Origin: Patescibacteria group bacterium
Lineage (GTDB): Bacteria; Patescibacteriota; Patescibacteriia; 2-01-FULL-39-33
Assembly (NCBI GenBank): GCA_041650895.1
Contig: JBAZKF010000001.1
Coordinates: forward strand, 359,156-423,155
Direction: 5' to 3'
DNA length: 64,000 nt
The notes beneath the pieces were generated by a model, which had not been told where the DNA came from, made no database searches, and saw nothing but the letters and a program-made list of their open reading frames with translations. Below, piece by piece: positions 29,339 through 37,916 of this stretch (position 1 is the stretch's first letter; each line of letters begins with the position of its first letter). The translations under genes were made by a program, and so were the position numbers.

Positions 29339-29367
29339 CAATATATTAAGTATAGCACGTATTATAT
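29339..29367 (-). promoter_or_regulatory. Promoter of target gene 1: TTGACA-17-TATACT (minus strand), with a TTTATCCAC motif just upstream
   Basis: Reverse complement reads TTGACAaaatatataatacgtgcTATACT. Confidence 0.5.
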
Positions 29368-29455
29368 ATTTTGTCAATAGATTTATCCACTCTACCAACT
29401 AACTAATTATTTTTATCTAAATTTAAACAAAAAATCACCACTATCTATTGGGATA

Positions 29456-29701
29456 ATGGAAGCAATTGCCACGGCCAGTTTCCTGGACAAACTGAGTAAG
29501 TCGCCGTATGTGGAAACAGCGATCAGAAAAACTGATATTTTAAAAATATTATTATTACTTTTGTGGGAGACAAAATCATTAGATAATAATAAATATTTGG
29601 CCTTATCAATTAAGATTGATGAGGTGGGCAAAATGCTTGGCGGCTGGAAAGGACAATTACTAAGTAAAAACTCCCCCGACAATAAAGCGGGAGAGAAATG
29701 A
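29456..29701 (+). CDS. Avd-like four-helix-bundle accessory protein, copy 2 (81 aa)
   Basis: MEAIATASFL…LWETKSLDNNKYLALSIKIDEVGKMLGGW…; resembles the BPP-1 Avd C-terminus (…EVGRILGSW…). A 40-nt upstream element (aaatttaaacaaaaaatcacc…ttgggataATG) is shared with a truncated third copy at 31508-31556. Confidence 0.5.
   Translation: MEAIATASFLDKLSKSPYVETAIRKTDILKILLLLLWETKSLDNNKYLALSIKIDEVGKMLGGWKGQLLSKNSPDNKAGEK
29663..29695 (-). terminator. Hairpin CTCTCCCGC-N-GGGGGAG plus T-run immediately 3' of TR2 (minus sense), homologous to the element after TR1
   Basis: Minus-sense sequence …gcaactcacttcatttCTCTCCCgctttattgtcGGGGGAGttttta. Confidence 0.5.
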
Positions 29702-29707
29702 AGTGAG

Positions 29708-29829
29708 TTGCGAGAACCGCAGCCGGATTATCGACGTTGAAGTCGTTATCAAGCCAGTTATAGTTCTCATTCCACTGGCTGTCGTTCCAATACAAGTAAC
29801 GGACGTAGAGGTTGCCATCAGAGTTGCGG
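29708..29829 (-). repeat. DGR template repeat TR2 (cognate to VR2 at 30184-30305)
   Basis: 122 nt, with no indels against VR2. The minus-sense sequence encodes RNSDGNLYVRYLYWNDSQWNENYNWLDNDFNVDNPAAVLA against the VR2 peptide RRSDGRLYVRCLFWSGSQWRGCYSWLDSGFVGGSPAAVLA. Most mismatches fall at TR adenines, and four non-adenine mismatches cluster at the 3' end (IMH/IMH*-like). Confidence 0.85.
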
Positions 29830-30065
29830 TTGTATGTGGCGCGCCGCCGATATCACTGCCCGTCGAATACTCTCTGGGCTGGATCTTATTTGTGATCTTA
29901 AATCACTTAGCGCTCCGCACCAAGTATCTTCATTTTTGAAGTTTCTACAGGCGCCACACTGCCTGAAGCCTTGACCGCAGGCATTCTCGGCGACTGGACA
30001 CTGGATTCGGTGGCAAGCAGCCATAACCGCTTGCTGATATTCACCTAATACCTTTTTTATTTTAG

Positions 30066-30101
30066 CATAAAAAATAATCCCGAACCATTGCTGATTCGGG
30101 A
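30066..30101 (-). terminator. Intrinsic terminator of target gene 2 (ttcccgaa…ttcggga plus T-run)
   Basis: A 7-bp stem followed by TTATTTTTT in the minus sense. Confidence 0.6.
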
Positions 30102-30169
30102 ATATGTTCAAAAAAATTGCATTAAGGTCAAATTTCCCAAGGATCCATATAGATCCAGGAAATCAAGAC

Positions 30170-30847
30170 CTAAGCGCTGATACTTGCGAGAACCGCAGCG
30201 GGGCTGCCGCCGACGAAGCCGCTATCAAGCCAGCTATAGCACCCACGCCACTGGCTGCCGCTCCAAAACAAGCAACGGACGTAGAGGCGGCCATCAGAGC
30301 GGCGGAAAATTGTGCCCCAGAAAAAGATAAAGATAATATTTCCTTTTTCATTTTTTTCCTTCCACTCTTCGGGGATGTACTCCTGATTGGCCCTAAGAAA
30401 GTCCAGAACGCTTGCCGACAACACCGGCCGGCCGTCAAGTTCTTTACGTAGTTCATGGCCGACAATAAATCGACCGTTAACCTGGAGCGTTGAGCGATAC
30501 AAAACGACTTTCTGTCCGTCAATGTATAAACCGTCAAATCTCTTTTCAATTGAAATCTTGCCCTGGCGGGCATGTTTCTCAACTGTTGCGTCAGTAAATG
30601 GCGGTCGCGGATCATTGTCCGTATCAATTACCGCCCGAAGGATCGGCGTTGTCTGGCGCAGAAATTCCTCGCCGATTTCCTTGAGTTTCTCAACAAAAAA
30701 ACTCTTGCCCGGACCAGTCGCCCAATCAATCACTTCGGCGCCGACCTTGATTTTCTTCAGAGTTGCGGCTATCAGCGAGAATAGATTGGCGAGCGCCGCC
30801 ACAAACTGCCCGACTTCCTTCCAATTCAAACTCTTTTTCGTCGACAT
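30170..30847 (-). CDS. DGR target (variable) protein 2; C-terminal VR at 30184-30305
   Basis: 225 aa; paralogous to target 1, and its C-terminus matches the TR2 product apart from differences at Asn codons. Confidence 0.85.
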   Translation of the reverse strand: MSTKKSLNWKEVGQFVAALANLFSLIAATLKKIKVGAEVIDWATGPGKSFFVEKLKEIGEEFLRQTTPILRAVIDTDNDPRPPFTDATVEKHARQGKISIEKRFDGLYIDGQKVVLYRSTLQVNGRFIVGHELRKELDGRPVLSASVLDFLRANQEYIPEEWKEKNEKGNIIFIFFWGTIFRRSDGRLYVRCLFWSGSQWRGCYSWLDSGFVGGSPAAVLASISA

Positions 30848-30974
30848 CTTTCACGTCCTTTCTATCTCCCCCATTACTGGCTCCTGGCCAACTCCGGATT
30901 GATATATTGAACTTCATGCAACAATTGGCTCTGCCGGAATGACAGCTTGCCAATATACTATTTTGTATCATACA

Positions 30975-31003
30975 TCAATAATTTTGTCAAGGGGTTTATC
31001 CAC
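30975..31003 (-). promoter_or_regulatory. Promoter of target gene 2 (TTGACA -35 box; weaker -10), with a TTTATCCACTCC motif upstream as for target 1
   Basis: Reverse complement reads …gtggataaaccccTTGACAaaattattgatgtatgaTACAAA. Confidence 0.4.
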
Positions 31004-31098
31004 TCCACTGAACTTTTTATCCGTGATTCAATGATTAATAGCCTATAATTACCAAAAAACAATAAAAAAGCCATCCGTCAACGGGTGGCTAAAGAACC

Positions 31099-31431
31099 TT
31101 ATTTACTCTGCAGACATGGTAACGCCGAAAGCCATTTATCAAATTTCCTATAAATCCGCCCCAAAAACCTGTTCCATTTTTTCTCACCATAAAAATCTAT
31201 GTACCTTTGCCTAAATTCAAGAAAAGACACTCTGGGAGCTAACCGTGGAACTCCAATCATCGCCTTGATCCTATTGGGATATTCTTTGATAAATCTCCTG
31301 GGGAATCGTTGGTGAATAAAAGCAATCGTATACGGGTCATCATCATGATTGCCCAATAACGGAACCACGAGCCTTTCATAAAGATCTTGACCATGCAACC
31401 CAATAAATTCAGACTTACTCATTACGTCCAT
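31099..31431 (-). CDS. Hypothetical 110-aa protein with its own TTGACA-17-TATGCT promoter and GGAGG RBS
   Basis: Has an ORF, an RBS and a promoter at 31450-31480 (reverse complement). The ORF shows no similarity to the DGR targets. Confidence 0.45.
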   Translation of the reverse strand: MDVMSKSEFIGLHGQDLYERLVVPLLGNHDDDPYTIAFIHQRFPRRFIKEYPNRIKAMIGVPRLAPRVSFLEFRQRYIDFYGEKKWNRFLGRIYRKFDKWLSALPCLQSK

Positions 31432-31580
31432 GACGCCCTCCTTTGTTTTTATTGTTTCTTAGAAAGCATAGACGACTTTAGAAAAAATGTCAATAATTTT
31501 GTTACTATTCAAATTTAAACAAAAAATCACCGCTATCTTTTGGGATAATGATGATTTTTAGTCAATCTCTGATTTTATAA

Positions 31581-32981
31581 TTATTTTAATCTCTTTTTCA
31601 CCCATTCCTTCAATTCTTCCGTCTTAACCTTATCCTGCTTCATAGTGTCGCGATTGCGGACAGTCACCTCGCCTTTTTCCAAGGTGTCAAAATCAACGGT
31701 AACGCAAAACGGCGTACCCACCTCATCTTGCCGGCGATAGCGTTTGCCCACATTGCCGTTATCATCAAATTCACATTTAAATTCACTGCGCAGATCGTCA
31801 AATATCTCCCGCGCCTTAGCCACTAGTTCCGGCTTGTTTTTCAGTAACGGGAAAACCGCGACCTTAACCGGGGCGATTTTGACTGGGAACTTCAATACCA
31901 CTCGGGAATCGCCTTCGTCCAAGTCCTCTTCAGTATAAGCGGCTGACAAAGCCACCAGCACCGAACGATCCAAACCAAAAGTTGGCTCTAGGACATGAGG
32001 CAGATATTTTTTGCCGGCTTGCTGATCAAAATAACTCAAGTCCGTGCCGGAAAATTTCTGATGCTGACTCAAATCAAAATCCCCGCGATGCGCCAAGCCG
32101 AACAATTCGGCAAAACCAAAGGGAAAATTATACTCAATATCCACAGTCTTACGGGAATAATGCGACAATTTTTCTTTCGGATGCTCATAATGCTTCAAGT
32201 CTTCTTTTTTAGCTCCCAATTCCAGGGCAAATTCTTCTTGCGCCTTCAGCCAATCCTTAAACAACGATTTCCACTCGGCATCCGGTGAAATAAAATATTC
32301 TATCTCCATTTGCTCGAATTCACGCACGCGAAAAATAAAATTACGCGCCACGATCTCATTGCGAAACGCCTTGCCGATCTGCCCGATGCCAAACGGCACC
32401 TTCACCCGACAAGAATCAACCACATTCTTAAAATCGGAAAAGATCGCGCCGGCCGTTTCCGGTCGCAAGTAAACCGGCTCATCAATGCCATTCATTTCCG
32501 TCTTAAACATCATATTGAAAAACCGGGCCTCAGTCCAATTCTTCTTGCCACAATTAGGGCAACTAATCTTTTCTTGAATAACTTTACTCATTTCATCCAA
32601 TTTTCCCTCTAAGTCTTCCCCCAAGACCTCACTGATCAAATTATCAGCCCGATAACGCATTTTGCAATTCTTACAGTCAACCATCGCATCATTAAAACCG
32701 CTCAAATGACCGGAAGCCTCCCATAACTTAGGATGCAACATGATTGGGCCGTCAATTCCCACCATATCCTCACGCTCGGTAACGAACATCTTCCACCATA
32801 AGGCCTTAATGTTATTCTTGAGTTCTACGCCATACGGGCCATAGGAGTAAGCATTGGCAAAGCCACCATAAATCTCACAGGCCGGAAAAACAAAGCCTTT
32901 CCGCTTGCATAAAGCCACAATTTTCTCCATCTTGTCATTCTGTTGCTGTTTATTAGCCATAAAAATAAAGTTATTTAACAA
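31581..32981 (-). CDS. glyQS: Glycine--tRNA ligase (class II, dimeric GlyQS type)
   Basis: …GFVFPACEIYGGFANAYSYGPYGVELKNNIK… and class II motifs; 466 aa (the start may be a later Met). Confidence 0.85.
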   Translation of the reverse strand: MLNNFIFMANKQQQNDKMEKIVALCKRKGFVFPACEIYGGFANAYSYGPYGVELKNNIKALWWKMFVTEREDMVGIDGPIMLHPKLWEASGHLSGFNDAMVDCKNCKMRYRADNLISEVLGEDLEGKLDEMSKVIQEKISCPNCGKKNWTEARFFNMMFKTEMNGIDEPVYLRPETAGAIFSDFKNVVDSCRVKVPFGIGQIGKAFRNEIVARNFIFRVREFEQMEIEYFISPDAEWKSLFKDWLKAQEEFALELGAKKEDLKHYEHPKEKLSHYSRKTVDIEYNFPFGFAELFGLAHRGDFDLSQHQKFSGTDLSYFDQQAGKKYLPHVLEPTFGLDRSVLVALSAAYTEEDLDEGDSRVVLKFPVKIAPVKVAVFPLLKNKPELVAKAREIFDDLRSEFKCEFDDNGNVGKRYRRQDEVGTPFCVTVDFDTLEKGEVTVRNRDTMKQDKVKTEELKEWVKKRLK

Positions 32982-33011
32982 GGTAAATCTTAACTAAAAT
33001 CGCCGGTTTAG

Positions 33012-33653
33012 TCAAAAACCGGCTTGATCCGTTCCTCCGGCCACTCGACCTCGCCGTTTTATGAGGTTGTATTTAATTAACCGTTCTATTTTGTCTGTTA
33101 TAACCTCATCATTAATTTTAACCAAAACTTTTTGATTTACTAACTCCACCGGCGCTCGGTAAACCGCTTGAGCGGCCGGAATAAAAGTATAATTCAAAAA
33201 ATATTTAGAACAATAAACCAACAAATAAGAATTACGCGGTATAAAACTGACAACTAATCCGGCTACGACTAACGCCGTTACGGCCACCAAAGCCGCTTCG
33301 CCCGCCAAATGACGCCAAAAAAAACTTTTCTTCCCCGACGATTTAACGCGCTTAGTTTGCACCCAGACCGAAGGACGCGATTGCAGATGGCGTTCCAATT
33401 CTTTATCCAGATGCTGATGGAAGCCGGACAAAAATTCAGCCAAACGCTTGGGCTCAGTGTACCATTCTAAACCGACTTTAAAAGCTTTGAGCCTACCCTT
33501 AACCGCCAAGCCAACCAAGTATTCCTGGCGCACATTAAACTTTTTGGCAGCATCAGACAAGGCAACCAATTCGGCTTGCAATAAATCCGCCAGTTGTTGT
33601 TTTAACTCTTGAGTCATAGCCATATTATAGCACAAATAGACGGCCGGCGGCAA
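33012..33653 (-). CDS. Hypothetical membrane protein
   Basis: 213 aa with one TM segment; a terminator hairpin (ccggttt…aaaccgg) overlaps the stop codon. Confidence 0.4.
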   Translation of the reverse strand: MPPAVYLCYNMAMTQELKQQLADLLQAELVALSDAAKKFNVRQEYLVGLAVKGRLKAFKVGLEWYTEPKRLAEFLSGFHQHLDKELERHLQSRPSVWVQTKRVKSSGKKSFFWRHLAGEAALVAVTALVVAGLVVSFIPRNSYLLVYCSKYFLNYTFIPAAQAVYRAPVELVNQKVLVKINDEVITDKIERLIKYNLIKRRGRVAGGTDQAGF

Positions 33654-33696
33654 AACAAAAAGACCACCCCGTAAGGGGCGGCCTCGTTATAAAACA

Positions 33697-34242
33697 TTAT
33701 TTGGTTGCTGTTTTTTGATCGCTGATATATTTGCTGATGGCCTGTACCACGCGAGAATCCTTCTTCAACTTTTCCGTCAAAAGAATCATATCGCGATTAA
33801 TGACCATGCGATCAGACGGCCCATGGATTTCATTGCCTAATTTGATCAAAGTCAGCTCTTGCTGGGATTGATCGCCGGTAGCGGTAGCGCTCTGTTGGGT
33901 TTGCTGCAAAGGCTTAGTAACGACTTGCAAGTAATAGATGTCAGTCAAAGTCAGAGTCTTTCTGCCGACAGCAGTAACTTTACCGAAGTAAACTTGGCCA
34001 TTGCCTAAGAAAACCGCCTGCCAATCGGCTGATGTAACATGAGCAATAGGATCACCGCCTAAAAGCGAACCGCCCCAGCGCATAACTGCGCCGACGGCCA
34101 GAATCGCGATAATCAATACGATAATAATACTGATGATTGATTTCCAAACGCCTCTTTTTCTGCGTCCGGCCATCGGCATTTCTGAAGGCAGACCCGCCTC
34201 AGGCATATCATCATCCATAGAACGAAATTTTGCGTAAGCCAT
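33697..34242 (-). CDS. Hypothetical membrane-anchored protein
   Basis: 181 aa with one N-terminal TM segment. Confidence 0.4.
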   Translation of the reverse strand: MAYAKFRSMDDDMPEAGLPSEMPMAGRRKRGVWKSIISIIIVLIIAILAVGAVMRWGGSLLGGDPIAHVTSADWQAVFLGNGQVYFGKVTAVGRKTLTLTDIYYLQVVTKPLQQTQQSATATGDQSQQELTLIKLGNEIHGPSDRMVINRDMILLTEKLKKDSRVVQAISKYISDQKTATK

Positions 34243-34344
34243 GTTATTTTCTCCTCAATGCGGCAAAATAGAAGCCGCGTTAATTTTTAATATTTAGTTT
34301 ATTGATTGCAATTAGTATAAAATAAAATTTATAATTTCGCCAAA

Positions 34345-35382
34345 TTATTTTGATTTCCGATGCTCCAAATAATCACCTAGGCCCACGCCGATCGCCGTGG
34401 CTACCGGTACGGATAGTATAATACCCATCAATCCGCTTAATTTAAAACCGATCATCATGACAATAATGGTAATAACCGGATTAAGACCGATCGCCTTGCG
34501 CATGACTTGCGGAGTAATAAAATAATTTTCCGATTGCTGGACAACGATGAACAAAATCAAAACCGCTAGGCCCAACCAAGGCGACTGAGTAGAAGCGATA
34601 AATACTGCCGGAATGCCAGCCATAAAAGGCCCGAGATAGGGAATGATTTCGGTTATGCCGGCGATTAATGCCAAGACCCAGGCATACTTAACCCCTAAAA
34701 CCAGCAAGCCAACCAAAGACATGATAAAAATAATCAAACACAGCAAAAGCTGGCCGCGCAACCATAAGCCGATCTTCTCTTGCATACGATCAATCAGATG
34801 GTCAAAGTAATCACGATGATTGGCAGGCAAAAAATTCCGAGCCACTATTTTCATCTGCCGATCATAAACCGCCAAATAAAAAGTCATGACCAATATTACC
34901 AATAGAGAGAACACGCCACCAATAAAAGAAACCAAGCCACCGACTAAATTTGTTGCCAGCGAAGTCAAGCCGGCTTGCATGGCTGACAAAGCATCTTCAA
35001 TATTCTGTTTCAAGCCGTGGCTTTGGGAAAACGCCGCCACATGATTCCAACCGGAGGAAACATTCTGCCAATAAACCGGAAAATCCTCAGACAAGTTTTT
35101 GATTTCCGAACTAATAGGATTAATCAAGAGGAAAAAAGCCATAAACACCGCCCATAATCCGATCAAATAAATTATCAAAATCCCCAAAGAGCGCGGGACC
35201 TTGTTTTTGGCAAACCAATCCACCCAAGGTTTAATAGCCGAGGCCAAAATCAAAGAAACAAAGACCATTAACAAAATATCGCGGATATAAAACAACAAAA
35301 GCAATGCCAAACAGACGACGGCTATCTTCAATAGTGTAGATAAGTTAAAATCAATAGTAAATTTTTTGTTGCTGACTTGCAT
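34345..35382 (-). CDS. AI-2E family transporter (PerM/UPF0118)
   Basis: Eight TM helices and the characteristic …ITEIIPYLGPFMAGIPAV… region. Confidence 0.7.
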   Translation of the reverse strand: MQVSNKKFTIDFNLSTLLKIAVVCLALLLLFYIRDILLMVFVSLILASAIKPWVDWFAKNKVPRSLGILIIYLIGLWAVFMAFFLLINPISSEIKNLSEDFPVYWQNVSSGWNHVAAFSQSHGLKQNIEDALSAMQAGLTSLATNLVGGLVSFIGGVFSLLVILVMTFYLAVYDRQMKIVARNFLPANHRDYFDHLIDRMQEKIGLWLRGQLLLCLIIFIMSLVGLLVLGVKYAWVLALIAGITEIIPYLGPFMAGIPAVFIASTQSPWLGLAVLILFIVVQQSENYFITPQVMRKAIGLNPVITIIVMMIGFKLSGLMGIILSVPVATAIGVGLGDYLEHRKSK

Positions 35383-35455
35383 GGGTGGGTTGTAATATCC
35401 CTTAGATATATTATACTATAAAAGTACTGGGAGTGCAAAACTAATTATTTTAATT

Positions 35456-35905
35456 ATGTCGGTGATCACCAAAAACAAAGAAGGCTTGTTCGGTTATGAG
35501 ATTATTGACACCTGGCGAGCCGGCATTGTTCTGTCCGGTCCGGAAGTTAAGGCGGTTAAGTTGGGACAAATCAGCCTGAAAGGAAGTTTTGTTCAAATTG
35601 ACAATAAAAACGAAGCTTGGATAGTTAATTGCCATATCAGCCCCTATAAACCGGCTAAAGGCCACCAAAACGGCTATAACCCCGATAAAAGCCGTAAACT
35701 CCTCCTAAACAAAAAAGAAATCGCCTCAATTATAGGCAAAAAAGCCCAAAAGGGGTTGACAATTATCCCCATTTCGGTATATACTTATAAAAGACTAATC
35801 AAGGTGGAAATCGGACTGGCCCGCAGCCGAACCAAGGTAGACAAGCGAGAGGTCGTCAAAAAACGAGAGCAAGAACGGGAGATAGAAAGAACGTTGAAAA
35901 AGTAA
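35456..35905 (+). CDS. smpB: SsrA-binding protein SmpB
   Basis: …GYEIIDTWRAGIVLSGPEVKAVK…; 149 aa. Confidence 0.85.
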   Translation: MSVITKNKEGLFGYEIIDTWRAGIVLSGPEVKAVKLGQISLKGSFVQIDNKNEAWIVNCHISPYKPAKGHQNGYNPDKSRKLLLNKKEIASIIGKKAQKGLTIIPISVYTYKRLIKVEIGLARSRTKVDKREVVKKREQEREIERTLKK

Positions 35906-36007
35906 ACTGGGTCAGAGACCTGCCGGCAGGCAAGTCCGTAAAATCTACGCTTGTAACTTTAGACCTGCTTAATCGGCAAATAAGCTTTCGACCCGCGACT
36001 TAATTTT

Positions 36008-36395
36008 GGGGATGTTTTGCTTTGATAGAGATAATGTTTTCCTATTAGCAAACCGAGCATGGCGGCAAACTCGTTAATCCGTCGCCACAGGCAAAAATGC
36101 CAAAAACATCTTAGCTAAAGTCCAATCTGCTTTTAGCAGCCTGGCTTTGGCTCCTGTTCTCGCTTAATATCGAGAACCATCGCCGCGCCCATTCCCGGTA
36201 AGCGCTAAGCGGTGTTATATTATCGGGATCGCCACTGACGTCGCCAGAGCGCCCTTGGTCAAACTTTTCTGGATCGCTTAAGGATTTTTTGCCGCTTTTT
36301 CAGTCCTTAAGTCAGAATATAAAACGGCTAAGTTTGTATCACTTTAGGGGATAATTTATTTCTAGACAGGGGCTCATTACCCCTCATCTCCACAC
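36008..36395 (+). ncRNA. ssrA: Candidate tmRNA (ssrA) downstream of smpB
   Basis: The 5' GGGGATG pairs with the 3' CATCTCC, followed by a discriminator A (acceptor stem). An internal ORF …AKNILAKVQSAFSSLALAPVLA ends with TAA inside the loop of the hairpin gttctcg-cttaatat-cgagaac. A T-arm-like GGGG-ctcatta-CCCC lies just before the 3' end. The length, about 388 nt, is typical. The region is a 575-nt non-coding gap. Confidence 0.45.
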
Positions 36396-36489
36396 AAAAT
36401 TAAAAAGTCATTGAAGTCATAAAGTTAAACATCAACATCATTGCTTTAAATTTTATGGGCTTTAGACTTTAATAGACTAAATTAATACC

Positions 36490-37059
36490 ATGCGTAAATC
36501 ATTCAGAGGACGCCATCAAAAGCCGGAAGGCCCCAAGGAATTCCGCATCAATGAAAAAATCTTTTCTCCGGAATTGATGATTATTGATGAAAACGGAGCC
36601 AATCTCGGGGCCATGAGCCGTGATCAAGCGCTTAGCGAAGCTCGCGAACGGGAGCTTGATTTGGTTGAAGTTTCACCCAAGGCCAATCCGCCCATAGCCA
36701 AATTCATGGATTATGGCAGTTTCAAGTATCAGCGCGAAAAACAAGAGCGCAAAGCCAAGGCCAAACAAAAAACCACCGAAACAAAAACAGTCAAAATCTC
36801 GCCACGCATCGGCCAGCACGATTTGGAGGTCAGAGCGTCACAAGCCGCCGGATTCTTGGCTGACGGCGACAAAGTCAAAATAGAGCTGCAACTTCGTGGC
36901 CGGGAAAACCAACATACTGATTTAGCCAAAGGAAACATCCGCGAACTGGTTGAGGCTATCAAAGTCAGACTGATTGAGAAAAAAGAAGAACAGCCGATCA
37001 GGATTGAATCCGACATCACCAAGCAAGGCGGCCGTTTATCCATGACCATCACCTTATAA
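36490..37059 (+). CDS. infC: Translation initiation factor IF-3
   Basis: …MIIDENGANLGAMSRDQALSEARERELDLVEVSP…; the true start may be a non-ATG codon. Confidence 0.85.
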   Translation: MRKSFRGRHQKPEGPKEFRINEKIFSPELMIIDENGANLGAMSRDQALSEARERELDLVEVSPKANPPIAKFMDYGSFKYQREKQERKAKAKQKTTETKTVKISPRIGQHDLEVRASQAAGFLADGDKVKIELQLRGRENQHTDLAKGNIRELVEAIKVRLIEKKEEQPIRIESDITKQGGRLSMTITL

Positions 37060-37163
37060 ATAAAAAAATAATAAAAATCTGAATTCCCGAAAAATTCCAG
37101 TCCGCTAACGCCCGCTGCAAATTTTAGAGAATAACAAAATAAGGATAAATACTATTTTATAAT

Positions 37164-37364
37164 ATGCCTAAAATCAAGAGCAAGCAATCTATTGCTAAAA
37201 GATTCAAAATCACCAAAAAGAAGAAGGTTATCAAGCGTTCCACCGGTCAAAACCACTTTAACGCTAGAGAAACCGGCAAGACCAAACGCGCCAAAAGATC
37301 AGACGTTTCTTTGCAGGGCAAACAAACAGCGGCCAATATCCGCCGTCTTTTACCGTATAATTAA
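37164..37364 (+). CDS. rpmI: 50S ribosomal protein L35
   Basis: MPKIKSKQSIAKRFKITKK…; 66 aa. Confidence 0.85.
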   Translation: MPKIKSKQSIAKRFKITKKKKVIKRSTGQNHFNARETGKTKRAKRSDVSLQGKQTAANIRRLLPYN

Positions 37365-37437
37365 TTAATAACTAACAGTCCATAAAGTCCAAACTTTCAA
37401 CTTTACAGGCTTTAAAGACTTTCAATTTTATTACCAT

Positions 37438-37782
37438 ATGCCTAGAGTAAAACGCGGCGTCATGCATGCCAAAAGACGAAAAAACTTATTAAAAACCACC
37501 AAAGGTTTTGAACGAGGCCGCAAAAAGCTAATCAAACTGGCCAAAACCGCCTCCATTAAAGCCGGCGCTAACGCTTTACGCGACAGGCGCGCCAAGAAAC
37601 GAACAACCCGCACCCTCTGGCAAATCCAGCTTAATGCGGCTGTCCGCGAATACGGCTTGTCCTATTCCAAATTCATCGCCGGCCTCAAAAAAGCCAAAAT
37701 TGATTTGGATCGCAAAGTGCTGGCTCAACTGGCCCAGAAAGAACCGGCGGTCTTTGCCAAAATTGTGGAAAAAGTTAAATAA
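37438..37782 (+). CDS. rplT: 50S ribosomal protein L20
   Basis: MPRVKRGVMHAKRRKNLLKTTKGF…. Confidence 0.9.
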   Translation: MPRVKRGVMHAKRRKNLLKTTKGFERGRKKLIKLAKTASIKAGANALRDRRAKKRTTRTLWQIQLNAAVREYGLSYSKFIAGLKKAKIDLDRKVLAQLAQKEPAVFAKIVEKVK

Positions 37783-37790
37783 AAAAAGTA

Positions 37791-37828
37791 GGTCGCTCCG
37801 ATATTGCATCGGGGCGATTTTTTTATAA
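37791..37828 (+). terminator. Intrinsic terminator after rplT
   Basis: tcgctccgat…atcggggcga followed by TTTTTTT. Confidence 0.6.
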
Positions 37829-37916
37829 CGCAAATATTATTCTGACAAAAAACCGTGTCAGACAATGCCGACACGGCGTAAAGAACAAAAAAATTCAACA
37901 ACTCATAAAGAAAGAG

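Noticed and set aside
35980-36000. The TTCGAC motif (gctttcgacccgcgac) just upstream of the proposed tmRNA 5' end, which might indicate a permuted or two-piece tmRNA, or a different 5' boundary.
   Set aside because: The canonical order is GGGG… then TTCGAC. A permuted fold could not be supported by eye, so a standard one-piece model was kept with moderate confidence.
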